Below are positions 59,688 through 64,000 of a stretch of 64,000 nt of DNA, piece after piece. Both the position numbers and the translations under genes were made by a program. Source of the stretch: Candidatus Latescibacterota bacterium (GTDB lineage Bacteria > Latescibacterota > UBA2968). The stretch covers positions 3,744,001 to 3,808,000 of the forward strand of contig OZ240241.1 of NCBI GenBank assembly GCA_965198115.1. Direction: 5' to 3'. Every line of letters starts with the position of its first letter. Position 1 is the stretch's first letter. The notes under the pieces are model-generated. The model ran no database searches. It saw only the letters and a list, made by a program, of their open reading frames with translations, and was not told the origin of the DNA.

Positions 59688-60833
59688 TTGGAGTGGATGA
59701 TCACCGATGACCTAAAGCCGATTCACGAGAAGGTCGTGGCTGGGCAACGACTGACGCTCGACGACGGAATGGCACTTTACGAGGCCGAGCTGAACGGCGT
59801 AGGCGCGTTGGCAAACATCATGCGTGAAAGGATGTGCGGGAACACGGCCTGGTACGTTCGCAACCAGCACATCAACTACACGAATGTTTGCAACAAGCTC
59901 TGCAAATTCTGCTCTTTCTACGTTGCGCCAAAGGATGATCGGGGCTACGTCCTCTCGCCGGACGATGTGCAAGACCGGGTTCGCCAGCACCTGGGGATTC
60001 CGATCACGGAAATCCACATGGTCGCGGGCATCAACCCGAAACTGCCCTACCACTACTACATCGACATCGTGCGCGCGGTGAAGGAGATCCGGCCGGACGT
60101 GGCGGTGAAGGCGTTTACGGCGATCGAGTGGGTACAGATCGCGCGTGCGGCGAAGAAGCCGCTCAAAGAGGTGATGCTCGAGCTGAAGGCCGAAGGGGTG
60201 TCGTCTATCCCGGGCGGGGGTGCGGAGGTGTTCAGCGAGCGCGTGCAGGACGAGATGTTCTGGACGAAAGCGGATTCCGAAGAGTGGCTGGACGTCGCCA
60301 GGACAGCGCACGAAGTCGGGCTGCATTCGAACGCGACGATGCTCTACGGCCATATCGAGAATCCGCGCGAGCGGGTCGAACACCTCGTGGCGCTGCGTGA
60401 CCTGCAGGATGAGACGGGTGGGTTTCTATGCTACATTCCCCTGTCCTTTCATCCGGAGAGGACAGAGATCGACCACTTGCCCGGCCCGACGGGGATTCAA
60501 GACCTGCGTGAGATCGCCGTGGGACGTCTGATGCTCGATAATTTCCCGCACGTCAAGACGTTCTGGATCATGAATACGATCGAAGTGTCTCAGGTCGCGC
60601 TTTGGTATGGGGCCGACGATGTCGATGGTACGATTCAGGAGTACGAAATCACGCGCCGCACCGAGGAGGAAACCCGGCAGGTGTTGACGAGAGGCCAGCT
60701 CGTCGAGCGGATCGTCGAGGCTGGACGCGACCCTGTCGAGCGCGACAACGTCTACAATGTTCTTTCGTCAAGCCGCGAAGTCGAAGACAGCGAACCCGTG
60801 GGGGTGTCGGGAGAGATGCCCATCGCTTCGTAG
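59688..60833 (+). CDS. mqnE: Aminofutalosine synthase (radical SAM)
   Basis: HINYTNVCNKLCKFCSF, KAFTAIE, PGGGAEVF, NATMLYGHIE, LDNFPHVK. Confidence 0.9.
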   Translation: MEWMITDDLKPIHEKVVAGQRLTLDDGMALYEAELNGVGALANIMRERMCGNTAWYVRNQHINYTNVCNKLCKFCSFYVAPKDDRGYVLSPDDVQDRVRQHLGIPITEIHMVAGINPKLPYHYYIDIVRAVKEIRPDVAVKAFTAIEWVQIARAAKKPLKEVMLELKAEGVSSIPGGGAEVFSERVQDEMFWTKADSEEWLDVARTAHEVGLHSNATMLYGHIENPRERVEHLVALRDLQDETGGFLCYIPLSFHPERTEIDHLPGPTGIQDLREIAVGRLMLDNFPHVKTFWIMNTIEVSQVALWYGADDVDGTIQEYEITRRTEEETRQVLTRGQLVERIVEAGRDPVERDNVYNVLSSSREVEDSEPVGVSGEMPIAS

Positions 60834-60843
60834 AGGCAACACA

Positions 60844-60889
60844 CTTCGACTCCGCTCAGTGCAGGCTTCGGCGCGAAGCCACGAAGAAG
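60844..60889. repeat. REP-like half-site plus short hairpin
   Basis: CTTCGACTCCGCTCAG, then GGCTTCG-GCG-CGAAGCC and a CACGAAG unit. Confidence 0.45.
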
Positions 60890-60943
60890 AGCATATACGG
60901 TGAGAGTGGCCTCCGGGCCACGAACCGCTGCCAAAGGAACCAG

Positions 60944-62047
60944 ATGAGCTTCAACGATATCGCACAGAAAGTGACCTCTGACGAGCGGATTTCGTCAGAA
61001 GAAGCCCGATTCTTGTTCGACTATCCCAACGTGACAGAGATTGGGATGCTGGCCGACCACGTGCGTCGTCGTCTTCATCCCGAAAGTCGCGTGACCTACA
61101 ACATCGGACGTAACATCAACTACACGAACGTCTGTTGGGTAAAGTGTGACTTCTGCGCCTTTTATCGTCCGCCCGGATCCTCGGAGGGATGGACGATTCC
61201 GAAGGAGCAAATCTTCGAAAAGATCGACGAGCTGGTCGAGGTCGGGGGAAACGAGACCAAAGCGAATGAGATTCTGATGCAGGGGGGCCTGAATCCGAAG
61301 CTTCGGATCGATTACTACGAAGATCTGTTCTCGTCGATCAAGGAACGTTACCCCGAAATCCATCAGCACTGTCTGTCAGCGACGGAGATTCTCTACATCG
61401 CGCACATCTCTCGGCTGTCGCTCGAAGACTGCATCAGGCGGCTGCGGGATGCAGGGTTGGACTCGATTCCGGGTGCCGGGGCAGAGATTCTGTCCGATGA
61501 GGTGCGAGACATCATCGGGTTCCGCAAGGATCGAACCCACGAATGGCTGGAAGTGCATCGTGTCGCTCACAAGCTGGGGATGCACACGACGGCCACGATG
61601 ATGTATGGTCACGTTGAGACGATCGATCAACGGGTCGAACACCTCGAACACGTGCGTAACCTGCAGGACGAAACAGGTGGCCTGACTGCGTTTATCGCTT
61701 GGAACTTCCAGCCCGATTCGACCGATCTCGCCGCGGATGAGGGCCGATGGGACGGCAAGAAAGCGACCGGTTTCGACTATCTGCGAACGATCGCTATTGC
61801 CCGCTGTTATTTGGACAACATTCCGAGTTTTCAGGCGTCGTGGGTTACTCAGGGTCCCAAGGTTGCGCAGATCAGTCTCAAGTACGGGGTGAACGATTTC
61901 GGAAGTACGATGATGGAGGAGAACGTCGTGTCGGCTGCGGGAACGAGCCACACGGGCGAAATGACCCTGCAGGAAATGCAACGACTGGTTCGCGACGCCG
62001 GCTACATCCCGGTCCGTCGTAACACGCGCTACGATATTCTCAATTAA
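60944..62047 (+). CDS. mqnC: Cyclic dehypoxanthine futalosine synthase (radical SAM)
   Basis: RNINYTNVCWVKCDFCAFYR, LMQGG, PGAGAEIL, QASWVTQG, DFGSTMMEENVV. Confidence 0.93.
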   Translation: MSFNDIAQKVTSDERISSEEARFLFDYPNVTEIGMLADHVRRRLHPESRVTYNIGRNINYTNVCWVKCDFCAFYRPPGSSEGWTIPKEQIFEKIDELVEVGGNETKANEILMQGGLNPKLRIDYYEDLFSSIKERYPEIHQHCLSATEILYIAHISRLSLEDCIRRLRDAGLDSIPGAGAEILSDEVRDIIGFRKDRTHEWLEVHRVAHKLGMHTTATMMYGHVETIDQRVEHLEHVRNLQDETGGLTAFIAWNFQPDSTDLAADEGRWDGKKATGFDYLRTIAIARCYLDNIPSFQASWVTQGPKVAQISLKYGVNDFGSTMMEENVVSAAGTSHTGEMTLQEMQRLVRDAGYIPVRRNTRYDILN

Positions 62048-62051
62048 AGGC

Positions 62052-62150
62052 GACACGAAGGCAAGAAGGCGCGAGGAAGAGATAGGGCCCGAAAGGCGGT
62101 GGCTGTGCCCGCCCACAGGGCTTTCCTTCGCGTCTTGGCGCCTTCGTGTT
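62052..62150. repeat. Empty (gene-less) copy of the GxxExxY-type inverted repeat pair
   Basis: GACACGAAGGCAAGAAGGCGCGAGG (62052-62076) and CTTCGCGTCTTGGCGCCTTCGTGTT (62126-62150) around a 49-bp spacer. Confidence 0.72.
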
Positions 62151-62158
62151 CTGTTTTT

Positions 62159-62953
62159 ATGGCTACACGACTTGGCGTCGTCAGTTACCTCAACACCAAG
62201 CCACTCGTCCACGCGTTCGAATCAGGGCTGGTCGATCACGACTTCGATCTGATCTACGACGTGCCGTCGGTCTGCGCGCGAAAGCTTCACGAGAAGGAGA
62301 CCGATGTCGCCCTGATTCCGGCGATTGAGATCGCCCGCGCATCCGAGCGGTATTCGATCGTAAGAGATGTGGGAATCACTTCGCGTGGTCCGGTCCGGAG
62401 TGTGTTTCTCGTGCTGAACCGGGACCCGGCGGATGTCAAGACGCTGGCCCTCGACACGAGTTCTCGATCCTCCGTGGCGTTGTCGCTGATTCTGTTGGAA
62501 GCGCACTACGGCGCACGAATCGACCGAACGATCGACGCCGAGCCGGACGTCGATGCGATGCTGGCCAGGGCGAACGCCGCAGTCGTGATCGGAGACGTTG
62601 CGCTGGAGTTGGATGTCGGGAAGTACGATGTGGTCGATCTGGGTGAGGCCTGGACGTCCTGGACGGGGCTGCCTTTCGTCTATGCGTGCTGGACCGGCAG
62701 AGCGGGGGCGATCGATGACGAGGGATGCGTCCGCCTTCGTGAAGGGCGCGCGCAGGGCCTGAAAAACATCGAATCGATTGCCCGGACGTATGCATCCGAT
62801 CATCCGAACACACCGGGCTTTTACGCGACCTACCTCACCGAGGCGATTCATTACGATCTCGGGGAAGCCGAGCTTGAGGGCATGCGTCGCTACTTTGCCT
62901 ACGCTGAAGAACTCGGGCTCATTGAACACACCCCCCGGGTAACCTTCTACTGA
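62159..62953 (+). CDS. mqnA: Chorismate dehydratase
   Basis: VSYLNTKPL, GPVRSV, SRSSVAL, IGDVAL, DLGEAW..TGLPFVYACW. Confidence 0.93.
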   Translation: MATRLGVVSYLNTKPLVHAFESGLVDHDFDLIYDVPSVCARKLHEKETDVALIPAIEIARASERYSIVRDVGITSRGPVRSVFLVLNRDPADVKTLALDTSSRSSVALSLILLEAHYGARIDRTIDAEPDVDAMLARANAAVVIGDVALELDVGKYDVVDLGEAWTSWTGLPFVYACWTGRAGAIDDEGCVRLREGRAQGLKNIESIARTYASDHPNTPGFYATYLTEAIHYDLGEAELEGMRRYFAYAEELGLIEHTPRVTFY

Positions 62954-62964
62954 TTCGCCGCGTG

Positions 62965-62997
62965 AAAAGGCCCGAAGCGAACCGCGCTCCGGGCCTT
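62965..62997 (-). terminator. Terminator between convergent mqnA and FAH genes
   Basis: Minus strand AAGGCCCGGAGCG-CGGTT-CGCTTCGGGCCTT-TT. Confidence 0.7.
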
Positions 62998-63078
62998 GAT
63001 CTTCACATCAAGAAAGTTTCAGCATCATCTGAATCGACTGAGAACGAAGTCGTCGGTTCCGCCCACGCTCCTCCGCAA

Positions 63079-63960
63079 CTACTCCGCCTTCACGTCACAG
63101 GAGAGAACGCCGATGCTCTCTATCTCGCCGTCCACCTTGTCCCCATCCTGGAGGAACTCACCCGTTGTCGCGCCGACACCTGCCAGGGTGCCAGTGGCGA
63201 TGATGTCACCGGGCTCGAGTGTGACGAGGTTGGACGCCCACGCGACGAGCTCAGCGACGGTATAGGTCATCTGGCCGGTGTTTCCGTCCTGTCGAGTCAC
63301 TCCGTTGACGCTCAGAGCGATGTGGAGACCCTGGGGATCGGGGATTTCGTCTTTGAGCGTGAGGACCGGGCCACAGGGGGCAAAGGTGTCGAACCACTTG
63401 CCATTGAGCCAGTCGAACCAGCTGTCACCCTCTTGTGATTCTCGACCGTCGGGCACTTTGAGACTCCGCTCGGAAACGTCGATGATGACGGTATACCCGG
63501 CGACGTAGTCGAGGCCTTCACTGGCCTCCACGAACCGAGCGTTTTTTCCCATCACGACCGCGAGTTCACATTCCCAATCGATCTGTTGGGCGTTGCGTGG
63601 CAAGACGATCGTGTCGCCCTGACCGATGATGGTGGTGCTCGGCGGCTTCATGAAAACGCGGGGCCAGGTTTTCTCTTTGCCGATGAAGCTGCCACCACCC
63701 TCTTCGACGTGAGATTGATAGTTCCCCGCGAGGCACAGGAGCTTGTTCGGGTTCGTGACGGGTGGCCGGACACGAACGTCCGCCATCCTAATCGACCCGT
63801 TGCCCTGCTCGACGAGGTCAACCGCCTTGCTGATGTTCGCATCCCCGCCCTCCAGGAAGGCTTTAGCCGATCCAAAGACATCGGTCAGGTCGACGATTCC
63901 ATCGCCTTTGAGAGCCCCGAAGCCCTGACGGCCGTTCTGTTCGAATGAGACGAGTTTCAA
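63079..63960 (-). CDS. Fumarylacetoacetate hydrolase family protein
   Basis: CLAGNY..H, FMKP, DWECEL, DVSER, GKWFDTFAPCGP, PGDIIATGT; AGGAGG SD before TTG. Confidence 0.93.
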   Translation of the reverse strand: MKLVSFEQNGRQGFGALKGDGIVDLTDVFGSAKAFLEGGDANISKAVDLVEQGNGSIRMADVRVRPPVTNPNKLLCLAGNYQSHVEEGGGSFIGKEKTWPRVFMKPPSTTIIGQGDTIVLPRNAQQIDWECELAVVMGKNARFVEASEGLDYVAGYTVIIDVSERSLKVPDGRESQEGDSWFDWLNGKWFDTFAPCGPVLTLKDEIPDPQGLHIALSVNGVTRQDGNTGQMTYTVAELVAWASNLVTLEPGDIIATGTLAGVGATTGEFLQDGDKVDGEIESIGVLSCDVKAE

Positions 63961-64000
63961 AATGCTCCTCCTTTTATGGCGAACTGGACACGCGGACCGT

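Overview
High-GC bacterial chromosomal segment; gene content (futalosine mqn genes, zapA-rny-ymdB, several Gfo/Idh/MocA enzymes) is compatible with a little-studied phylum, but taxonomy cannot be fixed from this window. The backbone is housekeeping: pyrH (partial), purD, purE, dinB, dapA/dapB under a lysine riboswitch, a Fpg/Nei glycosylase, an M16 protease pair, ispH, queE, tgt, thrS-infC-rpmI-rplT, zapB/zapA-rny-ymdB, xseA/xseB-nadK-recN and mqnE-mqnC-mqnA. Eight IS elements (2 ISL3, 2 IS630, 1 IS1380, 3 IS256) cover about 11 kb (17%), including a three-layer nest and a two-layer nest, and none breaks a host CDS. The most unusual items are: (i) a ~1,400-aa M20-peptidase/HEAT/putative acyltransferase-fold protein with a small upstream partner; (ii) an M28/DUF4910-like peptidase fused to an AAC(3)-family acetyltransferase; (iii) a divergent TGT coupled to an ArmA/Rmt(FmrO)-like 16S rRNA methyltransferase; (iv) a GxxExxY nuclease gene bracketed by 9-bp-periodic inverted repeats, with an empty copy of the same repeat pair 39 kb away; (v) a large transaldolase-family protein with FSA-type active-site residues; (vi) a class III cyclase with non-adenylyl specificity residues. 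Several single-base frameshifts sit in short homopolymers and may be sequencing errors. No rRNA, tRNA or CRISPR array was seen. All family assignments are from motif recognition by eye, not database searches.
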